This document shows positions 1-13,174 of a DNA stretch of 64,000 bases, one piece after another. The notes beneath the pieces were generated by a model. The model was given only the letters and a program-made list of their open reading frames with translations, made no database searches and was not told the origin of the DNA. Origin of the DNA: Eledone cirrhosa (Eukaryota); the NCBI GenBank assembly GCA_964016885.1, contig OZ024761.1:11470001-11534000 (forward strand), in the 5' to 3' direction. The position numbers were made by a program, and so were the translations under genes. Numbering within the stretch: position 1 is the first letter of the stretch; each line of letters opens with the position of its first letter.

Positions 1-76
1 ATTAGTATAGACACAGTCTGGCTGTCAATCTGTTAAGCTATGATCATATTACATCTGGGAAGTCGCATCGCTTAGT

Positions 77-1770
77 GTGTATATATAGAGTATAGAGTGT
101 ATATAGAGTATATAGTGTATATATGGAGTATATAGTGTATATATGGAGTATATAGTGTATATATAGAGTATATAGTGTATATATAGAGTATATAGTGTAT
201 ATATGGAGTATATAGTGTATATATAGAGTATATAGTGTATATATAGTGTATATATGGAGTATATAGTGTATATAGAGTATATAGTGTATATATAGAGTAT
301 ATATGGAGTATATAGTGTATAGTGTATATATAGAGTATATAGTGTATATATAGAGTATATAGTGTATATATAGAGTATATAGTGTATATATAGAGTATAT
401 AGTGTATATATGGAGTATATAGTGTATATATAGAGTATATAGTGTATATATAGAGTATATAATGTATATATAGAGTATATAGTGTATATATAGAGTATAT
501 AGTGTATATATGGAGTATATAGTGTATATATAGAATATATAGTGTATATATAGAGTATATAATGTATATATAGAGTATAGAGTGTATATATAGAGTATAG
601 AGTGTATATATGGAGTATAGAGTGTATATATGGAGTATAGAGTGTATATATGGAGTGTATAGTGTATATCTAGAGTATATAGTGTATATATGGAGTATAT
701 AGTGTATAAATAGAGTATAGAGTGTATATAGAGTATATATATAGAGTATAGAGTGTATATAGAGTATATATATAGAGTATATAGAGTATAGAGTGTATAT
801 AGAGTATATAGTGTATATATGGAGTATATAGTGTATATGTGGAGTATATAGTGTATATATGGAGTATATAGTGTATATATGGAGTATATAGTGTATATAT
901 AGAGTATAGTGTGTATATATAGAGTATAGTGTGTATATATGGAGTATATAGTGTATATATAGAGTGTATAGTGTATATATTGAGTATAGAGTATATATTG
1001 AGTATATAGTGTATATATAGAGTATAGAGTGTATATAGAGTATATAGTGTATATATAGAGTATATAGAGTGTATATAGAGTATAGAATGTATATATAGAG
1101 TATATAGTGTATATATGGAGTATATAGTGTATATATAGAGTATATAGTGTATATATAGAGTATATAGTGTATATATTGAGTATAGAGTGTATATAGAGTA
1201 TATAGTGTATATATAGAGTATATAGTGTATATATAGAGTATATAGTGTATATATAGAGTATATAGTGTATATATAGAGTATATAGTGTATATATAGAGTA
1301 TATAGTGTATATATATAGAGTATATAGTGTATATATAGAGTATAGAGTGTATATACAGTATAGAGTGTATATATTGAGTATATAGTGTATATATAGAGTA
1401 TATAGTGTATATATTGAGTATAGAGTATATATAGAGTATAGAGTGTATATATAGAGTATAGTGTATATATACAGTATAGAGTGTATATATTGAGTATATA
1501 GTGTATATATAGAGTATATAGTGTATATATAGAGTATAGAGTGTATATATACATTATAGAGTGTATATATACATTATAGAGTGTATATATTGAGTATAGA
1601 GTGTATATACACAGTATAGAGTGTATATATGGAGTATATAGTGTATATATACAGTATAGAGTGTATATATACAGTATAGAGTGTATATATGGAGTATATA
1701 GTGTATATATACAGTATAGAGTGTATATATGGAGTATATAGTGTATATATGGAGTATAGAGTATATATAT
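77..1770. repeat. AT-rich ~20-bp minisatellite (tatagagtatatagtgtata)
   Basis: Directly visible tandem array with G/A variants; the 371-aa ORF is its translation. Confidence 0.95.
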
Positions 1771-2354
1771 TGTCACTGGTGTCAAGCTGTATCAGCCATT
1801 ACCTTTCCCTTGGACAACATCAGTGGCATGGAGAGGAGAGACTGGTATGTATGGTTGACTGCCGGTCTTCCACAAACCTTGCCTCGACTTGTGCCTCGGA
1901 AGGGAACTTTCTAGGTGAAAATCCCATGGTCATTCATTACCAAAGAGGGTTTTAATCCTTTGCCTTAACCATCATCAGCATTGACTTATCCTTAAAAGTA
2001 TATTTACATATAGCACACGCTTGACTGTCTGATATTTTAACCCTTTCATTACCATATATCTAATAACATACACTGTCCATTATTTCAAAATAAATTTAAA
2101 AATAATTGAGAATTTAGAAAGATTTAATAACATAACTGATTTTCTCATCATGATACACAATACAATTACATATTGTGTATGGCTTGATATGTAGACTTTA
2201 TTCTGAATCACACAGTGTTAGTACTGTCAGTAGTTATGATAAATTGTAGGAGTTGATATATAAATAAAAGGTACTGGGGTTGATATGATTAACTAAATCC
2301 CTTTCGAGAGTTATATCCCAGCATGGGTTGGTTTAAGAAACTATTTCATATAAT

Positions 2355-2532
2355 TTAAAACCTCCATGCTTCCTGAAATTTGCCAACACTACACCTGATA
2401 TCTCCCCCCCCCCCCCCTACACATGCACACATGTATGTCATGACTCGTGCACAGTTCACTTTCCTGGTACTATACATGCACCTTTGATGATTTGTAGTGC
2501 ACCTGAGCACTGTACACAATATTATTATTATT
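2355..2532 (+). mobile_element. Dispersed retroelement 3' end (…gcacctgagcactgtacacaat(att)n); related copies at ~52403-52830 and ~59245-59446
   Basis: Three similar ~190-bp segments (aaaacctccatgctt…gcacctgagcactgtaca) each end in an (ATT)n-like tail. Confidence 0.65.
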
Positions 2533-2544
2533 TTTTTCTAATTG

Positions 2545-2790
2545 TTGTGTCAGTCACTTGGATCAGCGTTGAGATAGGTGCGTGTGTTGAGTTTAATGGA
2601 CATAAATTCCTTTATATGAACAGGAAGAACCAGAATGGTGGGTGTATAGCTCTCTACTTGGTTAAAAGCTTCAATTATGATGTAAATAGAAGGCATGACA
2701 ACAGCAGTTAATGACATGCTTCAGTGTACTGGAAATCTCTATAGAAAGAAAAATGTAACTGTGAGTTGTATATACAAAACACCTGGATCA
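2545..2790 (+). mobile_element. Degenerate APE-endonuclease fragment of an old CR1/L2-type LINE; probably resumes near 4100-4600
   Basis: Translates to VTWI…GHKFLYMNR…NGGCIALYL…SCIYKTPGS, matching the ETW / GGGVALY / IYRPP motif order; NDISDQL at ~4364 resembles the SDH motif. Confidence 0.6.
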
Positions 2791-3326
2791 TCATCATCAT
2801 CATTGTTTCAATGTCTGTTTTCACTTCTAGCAAGGTTTGGATGGGTTTACATTGACCAAATCAGTACTGAAGCAGGGCTACTGATCTCCCAGAGAGACCA
2901 GGGGGTCTGTATCTGGCTTACGTAAAGTCTCATGTTTCATCAAGTTCACTGGAGAGGTTGTCATGTCGTTGACACAACTGAAGGGTGGTTGTGTTCGTTT
3001 TGGCATCCACTTTCCCTTCTAACAAGGGTTGGACGGGTCTACATTGACCAAGTCAGTACTGAAGCAGGGCTACTGATCTCCTAACAGGACAGGGCTCTGT
3101 GTCTCGCTTACATACGGTCTTATGTTTCACCAAGTACACAAGAAAGGTTGTCAGGTCTTTGACACAATTGAAGTATGTATACATCTCTCTCTGTTTATCA
3201 TCATCATTGTCGTTTAATTTTTGGTCTTCCTTGTATACGAGGGTCGACTGAGAAGTTCATTGGCTGACCAAGATACTCACTACTCCACCCTCCCTCTCCC
3301 GTTCCGTCCACTGTCGACGACACAAC

Positions 3327-3930
3327 AGTCCACACTGTAAGGTGGTCGTGTAGGAGACACAGTGAAAAGGCTCCCAGTCCACACTGTAAGGTGGTCGTGT
3401 AGGAGACACAGTGAAAAGGCTCCCACTCCACACTGTAAGGTGGTCGTGTAGGAGACACAGTGAAAGGCTCCCAGTCCACACTGTAAGGTGGTCGTGTAGG
3501 AGACACAGTGAAAAGGCTCCCAGTCCACACTGTAAGGTGGTCGTGTAGGAGACACGGTGAAAGGCTCCCAGTCCACACTGTAAGGTGGTCGTGTAGGAGA
3601 CACAGTGAAAAGGCTCCCAGTCCACACTGTAAGGTGGTCGTGTAGGAGACACGGTGAAAAGGCTCCCAGTCCACACTGTAAGGTGGTCGTGTAGGAGACA
3701 CGGTGAAAAGGCTCCCAGTCCACACTGTAAGGTGGTCGTGTAGGAGACACAGTGAAAAGGCTCCCAGTCCACACTGTAAGGTGGTCGTGTAGGAGACACG
3801 GTGAAAAGGCTCCCAGTCCACACTGTAAGGTGGTCGTGTAGGAGACACGGTGAAAGGCTCCCAGTCCACACTGTAAGGTGGTCGTGTAGGAGACACAGTG
3901 AAAAGGCTCCCAGTCCACACTGTAAGGTGG
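3327..3930. repeat. 48-49-bp minisatellite (~12 copies) inside an RTE-type 3' UTR
   Basis: Unit cagtccacactgtaaggtggtcgtgtaggagacacagtgaaaaggctcc runs into the RTE tail (ggttggtgttaggaagggcatccagc…gacgttaaacgatgatg, to ~4093). Confidence 0.92.
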
Positions 3931-4147
3931 TTGGTGTTAGGAAGGGCATCCAGCTGTAAAAGAAACCTGCCAGAGATGCTCCCGTGCGAGCGAGACACTG
4001 TCTCCCGACCATTCCTGCATCAAATGGAACAAAACCGTCTAACCCATGCTAGCGTGGCAGATGGACGTTAAACGATGATGATGATGGTGATGAAGGTTTC
4101 TGGATCTAATATTGAGATAATCCTTTTGATACCAAACCTCCTGAAAC

Positions 4148-4356
4148 TGCTCCTGGTTCTACGATATAAAATAGTATGGAAGGCTATACAATGAATGTCT
4201 ATTCCCAAATACTATGGAAGGCAATACTGTGAATGTCTATTTCTAAATACTGTGGAAGGCTATACAGTGAATGTCTAGTTCCAAATACTATGGAAGGCAA
4301 TACTGTGAATGTTTATTCCCAAATAGTATGGAAGGCTATACAGTGAATGTCTATTC
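4148..4356. repeat. ~39-bp minisatellite (~5 copies)
   Basis: Repeated aaatactatggaaggctatacagtgaatgtctattccc. Confidence 0.8.
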
Positions 4357-4635
4357 ATTATTGAATGATATTAGTGATCAGTTGTCAGTATTGTGTGCTA
4401 CCTGATTGTAATTAGAAGAACATTAACGATGCCAAAAACTTAGAATATAAATAAATGAGGACAGAGGAATGAATGAATGTTTTCTAAAATGAATTACTAA
4501 TCCCAAATTAGAAGACGGTATATGTTGATGAAGATATTGGCAAAGTATATGAAAACACATTTCAATTGTGATACAAATAAAAAAAACTGCCCATTACAAC
4601 AATATAGTCAATATCTTCATTATTATCATTATTAA

Positions 4636-4995
4636 ACGAAACCTACAGTCAGTAGGCACCTCTTAACCAAATATGCAGCCCCACTCCCACCAACACCACC
4701 CCTTTCTCTGTAAAGTTATGTTGGTGCCACAACATCCAGTCCAAACTAAAGAGGTTGTGTAGGTGTCACAACAAAAAAACACCCAGTCCACGCTGTAATG
4801 TGGCCGTGTAGGGGACACGGTAAAAACCTCCCAGTTCACACTGTAAATGTGGTTGGTGTTAGGAAGGGCTGCCAGATACTCCTATACGAGTGAGACACGG
4901 TCACCTGACCAATCTTGTCTCAAGTGGGACAATTACCGTCTACACCCATGCTAGCGTGGAAGATGGACGTTAAACGAAGATGATGATGATGATGA
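4636..4995 (+). mobile_element. RTE LINE 3' UTR fragment with (GAT)n tail
   Basis: Colinear with 47990-48365 (acctacagtcagtaggcacctct…gacgttaaacg-(gat)n). Confidence 0.85.
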
Positions 4996-5109
4996 CATTT
5001 ATGTTCACCTTCCTGTGCATGGGTTGGATGGACTAGTCTTCTCCCGTATAGCTTTCGTTCACCTGTCACCTTCATTTTGTTATTTCCTCTTCTGAGCTTC
5101 AATAAACAA

Positions 5110-6003
5110 AGATGAGCCCTCTTCAGTGTTCTAAGATGAGCTCTCTTTAATGTTCTAAGATGAGCTCTCTTCAATGTTCTAAAATGAGCTCTCTTCAATG
5201 TTCTAAAATGAGCTCTCTTCAATGTTCTAAAATGAGCTCTCTTCAATATTCTGAGATGAGCTCTCTTCAATATTCTGAGATGAGCTCTCTTCAATATTCT
5301 GAGATGAGCTCTCTTCAATATTCTGAGATGAGCTCTCTTCAATATTCTGAGATGAGCTCTCTTCAATATTCTGAGATGAGCTCTCTTCAATATTCTGAGA
5401 TGAGCTCTCTTCAATATTCTGAGATGAGCTCTCTTCAATGTTATAAGATGAGCTCTCTTCAATATTCTAAGATGAGCTCTCTTCAATATTATTAGATGAG
5501 CTTTCTTCAATATTCTAAGATGAGCTCTCTTCAATGTTATAAGATGAGCTCTCTTCAATGTTATAAGATGAGCTCTCTTCAATATTCTAAGATGAGCTCT
5601 CTTCAATATTCTAAGATGAGCTCTCTTCAATATTCTAAGATGAGCTCTCTTCAATATTCTAAGATGAGCTCTCTTCAATATTCTAAGATGAGCTCTCTTC
5701 AATGTTATAAGATGAGCTCTCTTCAATATTCTAAGATGAGCTCTCTTCAATATTCTAAGATGAGCTCTCTTCAATATTCTAAGATGAGTTCTCTTCAATA
5801 TTCTGAGATGAGCTCTCTTCAATGTTATAAGATGAGCTCTCTTCAATGTTATAAGATGAGCTCTCTTCAATATTCTAAGATGAGCTCTCTTCAATATTCT
5901 AAGATGAGCTCTCTTCAATATTCTAAGATGAGCTCTCTTCAATATTATAAGATGAGCTCTCTTCAATATTATTAGATGAGCTCTCTTCAGTGTTCTAAGA
6001 TCA
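5110..6003. repeat. 24-bp minisatellite (gatgagctctcttcaatattctaa), ~37 copies
   Basis: Directly visible, with blocks of ctga/ctaa/gttataa variants. Confidence 0.97.
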
Positions 6004-6156
6004 TCTTAGTTCTGTTCCCATGCCAACACAAGAGCAAGAAAGAAGGGTTCATTCTACTGACATGGTTTTAAAAATGAGGCTTGTTTGCATAATTGCATAC
6101 GAATCGAATGTTATTATTAATATTCGAAAAACTCAGATTACATTTTATACATATAT

Positions 6157-6494
6157 CATCATCATCATCATTTTATGTCCGCTTTTCCCTGCTTGCAAGG
6201 GTGGGACGGGAACTGATTCTGGCTTGATTTCTACAGCTGGATGCCCTTCCTAACACCAACCTCATTTTCAGTGAGTGCTGGGTGCTTTTTTGCCATGGCA
6301 CCTCCACGGCCACTTTACAGTGGAATGATAGGGACCCCAGTCCCTATCATCTCATTTCTACAGCTGAGTAAACTGGAGCAATGTGAAATAAAGTGTCTTG
6401 CTCAAGGAAACAACACATCACCCGGTCTGAGAATTGAACTCACAACCTTTCGATTGCAAGGCCAATGCTCTAACCGCTAAGCCATGTGCCGCCA
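6157..6494 (-). mobile_element. tRNA-derived CORE-type SINE with RTE-like 3' tail
   Basis: Minus strand has A box tggcttagcggttag, B box gagttcaattc, core ccttgagcaagacactt and tail cccacccttgcaagcagggaaaagcggac-(gat)n; closely similar to 57414-57751. Confidence 0.85.
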
Positions 6495-6581
6495 TATATA
6501 TATAGTATGTGTGTGATTGTGGTTACATGTGGCTACATACATATGGTTGTGAACCTGTTGTGTACATATGCATGTATATAT

Positions 6582-8714
6582 ATCATCATCATCATCATCA
6601 TCATCAACGTTTAACGTCCGTGTTCCACGCTTGCATGGGTTTGGACGGGGGTAGTCCCACTTGAGGCAAGAGTGATTGTCTTGCTCGCATAGGACTGTCT
6701 GGCAGGTTTTCTACAGTTGGATGCCCTTCCTAACACCAACCACATTTACAGTGTGGGTCTGGGAGGTTTTTACCGTGTTGCCTACACGGCCACATTACAG
6801 CGTGGACTGTGTGTTTTTTTGTCGTGACACCTACACGATCTCATTTGTTTCGGCCTCGATGGCGCGGCACCAACATAACTTTACATAGAACGGGGTGGTG
6901 TGGATCGGGTGGGGGTGGGGGTGGTGGGACGGGGTGTATTTTGTTAGAGATGCCTACTGGCTGGAGTAGGTTTTACTATATATTTAGGTAAGGCGGGTCT
7001 TCTCTGTTACTGAGTACCGCCAAAGGTCTCGGTCCAGTGACATTGTCTTGGAGAGGTGTAAGTGTGTGATGTCGGAGTTTATCAGCTCGTCCCAGGTTTT
7101 TCTAGGTCTGCCTATTCCGTGACTACCGTCTATCTTTATTGCCCTGCACTTTGTTATACAGCTATCGACTTTCATGCGCATCACGTGTCCATACCAACGT
7201 AGCCTTCTCTCGAGTAAACAACATCTGATCCCTCTTATCTCTAATTTATTCCTTAGTTCGTTTATGCTTTGCCGTTCACGTATATTACTGTTACACATCC
7301 AGCGGAGCATGCAAGCTTCGTTCCTCTCTAGTCTGCGTATATCCTCTGCACACAATGCCCAGGTCTCACTGCCATGCAGCATTGCTGTTCGTATGCAGGC
7401 ATCGTACAACCTGCCTTTCATTTTTAGTGAGAACCCTTTAGCAGCTAATAGTGGTATAAGCTCTCTGAACTTTTTCCAACCAGTTCTGACTCTAGCTACA
7501 GTACTTTCAGAGCACCCTCCCCCACTGCTGATTTTATCGCCCAGGTAACGGAAGCTGTCCACTATTTCTATAGAACCCTCTGCGCAATTGAAAGAGCTAG
7601 TAGTTTGTGGGCACTTGCTGCTACTTATTGCACCAGAGCACCGGCCACATGTAAAATCTATGTTCTTAGTTAGCTTACCTGTGATCCCACTACATCTTTT
7701 ATGCACCCATACTTTGCATTTAGGACATAAAATGGAGTTTCTACCTACGCCTTTCCTACACACCGAGCACGACCATTTCCCCGAAGGGACCGCCGCCTTG
7801 TTTTCTTTCCTACAAACTAGTACTTTGGTCTTAGCCAGGTTAATTTTAAGTCCTTTTGACTCTAGGCCGTGCTTCCATGTTTGGAATTTCTTCTCTAGCT
7901 CGGCCATTGATTCCGCTATGAGTGTCAGGTCGTCTGCGTATAGGAGTTCCCATGGGCAGCCTGTCTTGAACTCCTCTGTTATAGCCTGAAGGGCAATAAT
8001 AAATAGTAGTGGACTGAGAACAGAGCCCTGATGGACGCCGACTTTTACGCTAAACTCTTCACTATATTCGTTGTTAATTCTAACCTTGCTGACTGTTTCT
8101 TTATACATGGCTTGTATAGCCCTCACAAGCCATTCGTCAACGCCTAGTTTTCTAAGAGCCCACCAGATAATGGAGCGGGGGACTCTGTCGAAGGCTTTCT
8201 CCAAGTCGACAAAAGCTAAGTAGAGGGGTTTACCTTTAGCTAGGTACTTCTCCTGTAGTTGTCGTACTATGAAAAGAGCGTCTGTGGTACTTTTGCCTGA
8301 CACAAACCCGAACTGCATTTCATCTAGGTCAATTCTCTCTCTGATTAGTTGCGCTATTACTCTTTCCGTGACCTTCATGACCTGGTCGATTAATTTAATG
8401 CCTCTATAGTTACTCCTATCTAGGGCGTCTCCTTTACCCTTATAACAGTTAACGATGATGCTGCTATGCCAGTCCTTCGGAACAACCCCGTTCTGTACGA
8501 CTTGGTTAACTATGCGGGTGACCATGGTGTGTCCCACCGTGCCAGATGCCTTCAGCATCTCAGCAACTATTTCCGAAGGCCCAGCCGCCTTACCAGTCTT
8601 CATATCCTTGATTGCCTTACTTATTATACTCCCCTCGACTAACACTGCTGGTCCCTCTATTGGGTCGATATGGGGGAGACTGCCTTTCTCCCAATTATTC
8701 TCCTCATTTAGAAG
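6582..8714 (-). mobile_element. Young 5'-truncated RTE-clade LINE (RT + PHD finger + 3' UTR + (GAT)n tail)
   Basis: Open frame from LLNEENNW (8714) to the stop at 6984; GC-richer 3' UTR; (CAT)n tail at 6582-6606; (TA)n on both flanks. Confidence 0.96.
6984..8714 (-). CDS. Partial LINE ORF2 reverse transcriptase; no start codon or endonuclease domain
   Basis: RT motifs SNYRGIKL, QFGF, FVDLEKAFDRVP, GVHQGSVLSPLLF, LYADD, FRYLG, LHGSETW, RLRWYGHVMR, GRPRKTW; no stops. Confidence 0.95.
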   Translation of the reverse strand, partial: LLNEENNWEKGSLPHIDPIEGPAVLVEGSIISKAIKDMKTGKAAGPSEIVAEMLKASGTVGHTMVTRIVNQVVQNGVVPKDWHSSIIVNCYKGKGDALDRSNYRGIKLIDQVMKVTERVIAQLIRERIDLDEMQFGFVSGKSTTDALFIVRQLQEKYLAKGKPLYLAFVDLEKAFDRVPRSIIWWALRKLGVDEWLVRAIQAMYKETVSKVRINNEYSEEFSVKVGVHQGSVLSPLLFIIALQAITEEFKTGCPWELLYADDLTLIAESMAELEKKFQTWKHGLESKGLKINLAKTKVLVCRKENKAAVPSGKWSCSVCRKGVGRNSILCPKCKVWVHKRCSGITGKLTKNIDFTCGRCSGAISSSKCPQTTSSFNCAEGSIEIVDSFRYLGDKISSGGGCSESTVARVRTGWKKFRELIPLLAAKGFSLKMKGRLYDACIRTAMLHGSETWALCAEDIRRLERNEACMLRWMCNSNIRERQSINELRNKLEIRGIRCCLLERRLRWYGHVMRMKVDSCITKCRAIKIDGSHGIGRPRKTWDELINSDITHLHLSKTMSLDRDLWRYSVTEKTRLT

Positions 8715-8747
<33 letters not shown>

Positions 8748-8849
8748 ATATATGCGTATATATGTATGTGGGCTATATTTGACACTGGTATGTGGAGTTT
8801 ATTCTCAGTATCTTTTTCTTGTAATTCTATTGTTAGGAATGTCCCTCCT

Positions 8850-9962
8850 CCAACCACCACCACCACCTTACATACATTACCACCAGCACCACCACCTTAC
8901 ATACATTCACCACCACCACCACCACCACCACCCACCACCACCACCACCACCTTACATACATTACCACCAGCACCACCACCTTACATACATTCACCACCAC
9001 CACCACCACCACCACCAGCACCACCACCTTACATACATTCACCACCACCACCACCACCTTACATACATTACCACCAGCACCACCACCTTACATACATTCA
9101 CCACCACCACCAGCACCACCACCACCCACCACCCACCACCACCACCACCACCTTACATACATTACCACCAGCACCACCACCTTACATACATTCACCACCA
9201 CCACCACCACCCACCACCCACCACCACCACCTTACATACATTACCACCAGCACCACCACCTTACATACATTCACCACCACCACCAGCACCACCACCACCC
9301 ACCACCCACCACCACCACCACCTTACATTCATTACCACCAGCACCACCACCTTACATACATTCACCACCACCACCAGCACCACCACCACCCACCACCCAC
9401 CACCACCACCACCTTACATACATTACCACCAGCACCACCACCTTACATACATTCACCACCACCACCACCACCCACCACCCACCACCACCACCACCACCCA
9501 CCACCCACCACCACCACCACCTTACATACATTCACCACCACCACCAGCACCACCACCACCCACCACCCACCACCACCACCACCACCACCACCACCACCAG
9601 CACCACCACCTTACATACATTCACCACCACCACCACCACCCACCACCCACTACCACCAGCACCACCACCTTACATACATTCACCACCACCACCACCACCC
9701 ACCACCCACTACCACCAGCACCACCACCTTACATACATTCACCACCACCACCACCACCCACCACCCACTACCACCAGCACCACCACCTTACATACATTCA
9801 CCACCACCACCCACCACCACCACCACCACCACCACCAGCACCACCACCTTACATACATTCACCACCACCACCCACCACCTTACATTCATTACCACCAGCA
9901 CCACCACCTTACATACATTCACCACCATCACCCACCACCACCACCACCATCACCTTACATTC
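8850..9962. repeat. Compound (CAC)n microsatellite with cttacatacatt spacers
   Basis: Directly visible. Confidence 0.95.
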
Positions 9963-9999
9963 ATTCTATTGTGTTTGGGGATAGTGTGGATGTCAGCAA

Positions 10000-11175
10000 G
10001 TGTCTGAACTGTGTGTGTGTGTGTGTGTCTGTCTGAACAACTGTGTGTGTGTGTGTCTGTCTGAACAACTGTGTGTGTGTGTGTGTCTGTCTGAACAACT
10101 GTGTATGTGTGTCACGGCTGAGTGCTGAGGTGACCATGACTCTTTGAACAAGTATGTGTGTATCTGAATAAGTGTATTGCGTGTGTGTGTATGTGTGTAT
10201 TATATATGTATGTGTGTATGTATGTATTATATATGTATGTGTGTATGTATGTATTATATATGTATGTGTGTATGTATGTATGTATTATATATGTATGTGT
10301 GTATGTATGTATGTATGTATTATATATGTGTGTGTGTGTGTATGTATGTATTATATATGTATGTGTGTGTGTATGTATTATATATGTATGTGTGTGTGTA
10401 TGTATTATATATGTATGTGTGTGTGTATGTATTATATATGTATGTGTGTATGTATGTATGTATTATATATGTATGTGTGTGTGTATGTATTATGTGTGTG
10501 TATGTATGTATTATATATGTATGTGTGTGTGTATGCATTATATATGTATGTGTGTATGTATGTATGTATTATATATGTATGTGTGTGTGTATGTATGTAT
10601 TATGTGTGTGTGTGTATGTATTATATATGTGTGTATGTATGTATTATATATGTGTGTGTGTGTGTATGTATTATATATTTATGTGTGTGTGTATGTATGT
10701 ATTATATATGCATATGTGTGTGTATGTATTATATATGTATGTGTGTGTGTATGTATTATATATGTATGTGTGTGTGTATGTATGTATTATGTGTGTGTGT
10801 GTATGTATTATATATGTGTGTATGTATGTATTATATATGTATGTGTGTGTGTATGTATTATATATGTGTGTATGTATGTATTATATATGTATGTGTGTGT
10901 GTATGTATGTATTATATATGTGTGTGTGTGTATGTATTATATATTTATGTGTGTGTGTATGTATGTATTATATATGCATATGTGTGTGTATGTATTATAT
11001 ATGTATGTGTGTGTGTATGTATTATATATGTATGTGTGTGTGTATGTATGTATTATATATGCATATGTGTGTGTATGTATGTATTATATATGCACATGTG
11101 TATGTATGTATTATATATGTATGTATGTGTGTGTATGTATGTGTGTGTACGAATGTGTATGAATGTATTATGTAT
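10000..11175. repeat. (TG)n/(TATG)n compound low-complexity repeat
   Basis: Directly visible. Confidence 0.95.
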
Positions 11176-11380
11176 GTTAGACATTCTTTCTATGTCACCC
11201 CACTCCTCAGCATGTACTGACTGTAACGATCAGTCAATGTATAAAGTTACCTAAGTTCTTTATATTATATATGTTAGTTTGTTTACATTGGTCATTACAT
11301 ACCTGACTAGGCTATTGGTGGCATTAATAATTCTTACAGAAGTTTTAGCCACAAGGACTTACACTTTAGGAAAATACAAA

Positions 11381-11596
11381 TTAACCCTTTTAGTGTTCAA
11401 ACCGGCCAAAACCGGCCAGAATTCTCTACCTCTTTCTGTTGAAACTGGCCGTAACTGGTCACTCATACTGATGTTAAGGTATTGTTCTCAAAATAAATAC
11501 TTTCAAAATCTCATAGATTCGATATTATGTGAGGTAAAGCCTTTACCATGAAAATATAATAGTACATATAGAGTAATGTGAATGTTAAAAGGTTAA
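11381..11596 (+). mobile_element. piggyBac-type MITE (TTAA-CCC…GG-TTAA)
   Basis: Starts ttaacccttttag, ends aaaaggttaa; interior matches 33401-33644. Confidence 0.8.
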
Positions 11597-11660
11597 AGTT
11601 TGTCCCATGCCCAGAAATACATTAGCCTAGAGGCAAAACTAGGGAAAATAACACCTATGA

Positions 11661-11992
11661 CAGGCATGTCAAACCTGCGTTCTTTATAAGCTCACTTGCG
11701 GCCCTTTACAAGTGCACCTGTGGTCCTTTATAAGTGCATCTGTGGTCCTTTACAACACACCTGCAGCCCTTTACAAGCATACTTTCAGACCTTTAACAGT
11801 ACACCTGTGGCCCACACAAAGATTTTTTCAGTGTGACATGTTTTATCTTTGTAATATCAAATGAAAAAAAATAATTGTAATGTGCACAATTAGTTGTGGC
11901 CCTCAGACAACACATATGTCACCCATGTGGCCCTCAGACAACACATATGTCACCCATGTGGCCCTCAGGGTACCCTCAGTTTCACATATCTG
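11661..11992. mobile_element. hAT (Charlie/Buster-like) MITE
   Basis: TIRs caggcatgtcaaac / gtttcacatatctg (11/14 match); flanks acctatga / acctatag resemble an 8-bp TSD with central TA; internal gtggccc subterminal repeats. Confidence 0.7.
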
Positions 11993-12632
11993 ACCTATAG
12001 CAAGCAGTGAAATTGCGCCCCTGCCCTGCTCAGTACTGACTCAGTCTGTGAAGACCCATCCATCCCTAGCCAGCAAAGAAAACAGACATTAAATGTTAAT
12101 GATGATGATGAATATAAAAGCACATAGCCGGATCAGATACCACAAGACCTCCCATCTAACAATTCCAGCCCTAAGCCTCCTCTTCCTTCAACTGCTAGAT
12201 TATTTAACATTTGTGGAAGGACATATATAGTGTGTTTTGAACTTGGTGTTTAGTGAACTGGAACAAATACTTGAGGTATTTAATATGACACTGCCTTAAC
12301 ACCTCTGTCAAGTTACTACCTGAGTACAAAGATCCTTTTAGAGAAAGGGGTTACAATATATGTAACAGGGTGGGGTAGAAATGCAAAGTTATGTAAAAAC
12401 TAGAGTGAGGGTAGGTACATTATATAACAGATATTCAGAGTGTATGAATACATGAAATAGGCCTAGAAATATAAGGTTTTCTGGTTTAGGAACAAGGCCA
12501 ATAATTTGGGGGAGGGGAAAGTGGATTAAATCGGCCCCGGTGTGTTCTGTATGAGAAAGATATGGTCACCTCACTTAACCCACAATAGAACAACTGATCT
12601 AACCCATGCCAGCGTGGGAAAAGTGATGTAAA

Positions 12633-12702
12633 ATGATGATGATGATGATGATGATGGTGGTGATGATGATGATGGTGGTGGTGGTGGTGGTGGTGATGGT
12701 GG

Positions 12703-12734
<32 letters not shown>

Positions 12735-13174
12735 ATGATGATGGTGGTGATGGTGGTGGTGGTGATGATGGTAGTGATGGTGATGATGATGATGGTGGTG
12801 ATGATGATGATGATGGTGGTGGTGGTGATAGTGATGGTGATGATAGTGGTGGTGATGATGATGATGATGATGATAGTGATGATGATGGTGATGATGATAG
12901 TGATGATGATAGTGATGATGGTGATGATGATGATGATAGTGATGATGGTGGTGATGATGGTGATGATGATGATGGTAGTGATGATGGTGATGATGATGAT
13001 GGTAGTGATGATGGTGATGATGATGATGGTAGTGGTGATGATGATGGTGATGATGGTGATGATGATGATGGTGATGATGATGATGGTAGTGATGATGGTG
13101 ATGATGATGATGGTAGTGATGATGGTGATGATGGTGGTGATGATGATGATGGTGATGATGATGGTGATGATGAT
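12633..13174. repeat. (GAT/GGT)n microsatellite expanded from an RTE-type tail
   Basis: Directly follows aacccatgccagcgtgggaaaagtgatgtaaa, an RTE-like terminus. Confidence 0.9.

Noticed and set aside
4920-5975. LKRAHLRI-repeat ORF resembling C2H2 zinc-finger helices
   Set aside because: A 24-bp minisatellite with no Cys pairs or TGEKP linkers, running into a retroelement tail.
6370-6494. tRNA genes here and at the other A/B-box sites
   Set aside because: These are SINE heads continuing into core and tail sequence; no complete cloverleaf is evident.
8455-10007. Extensin-like SPPPP/His-rich ORFs
   Set aside because: (CAC)n microsatellite open in several frames; the ORF start is antisense LINE sequence.
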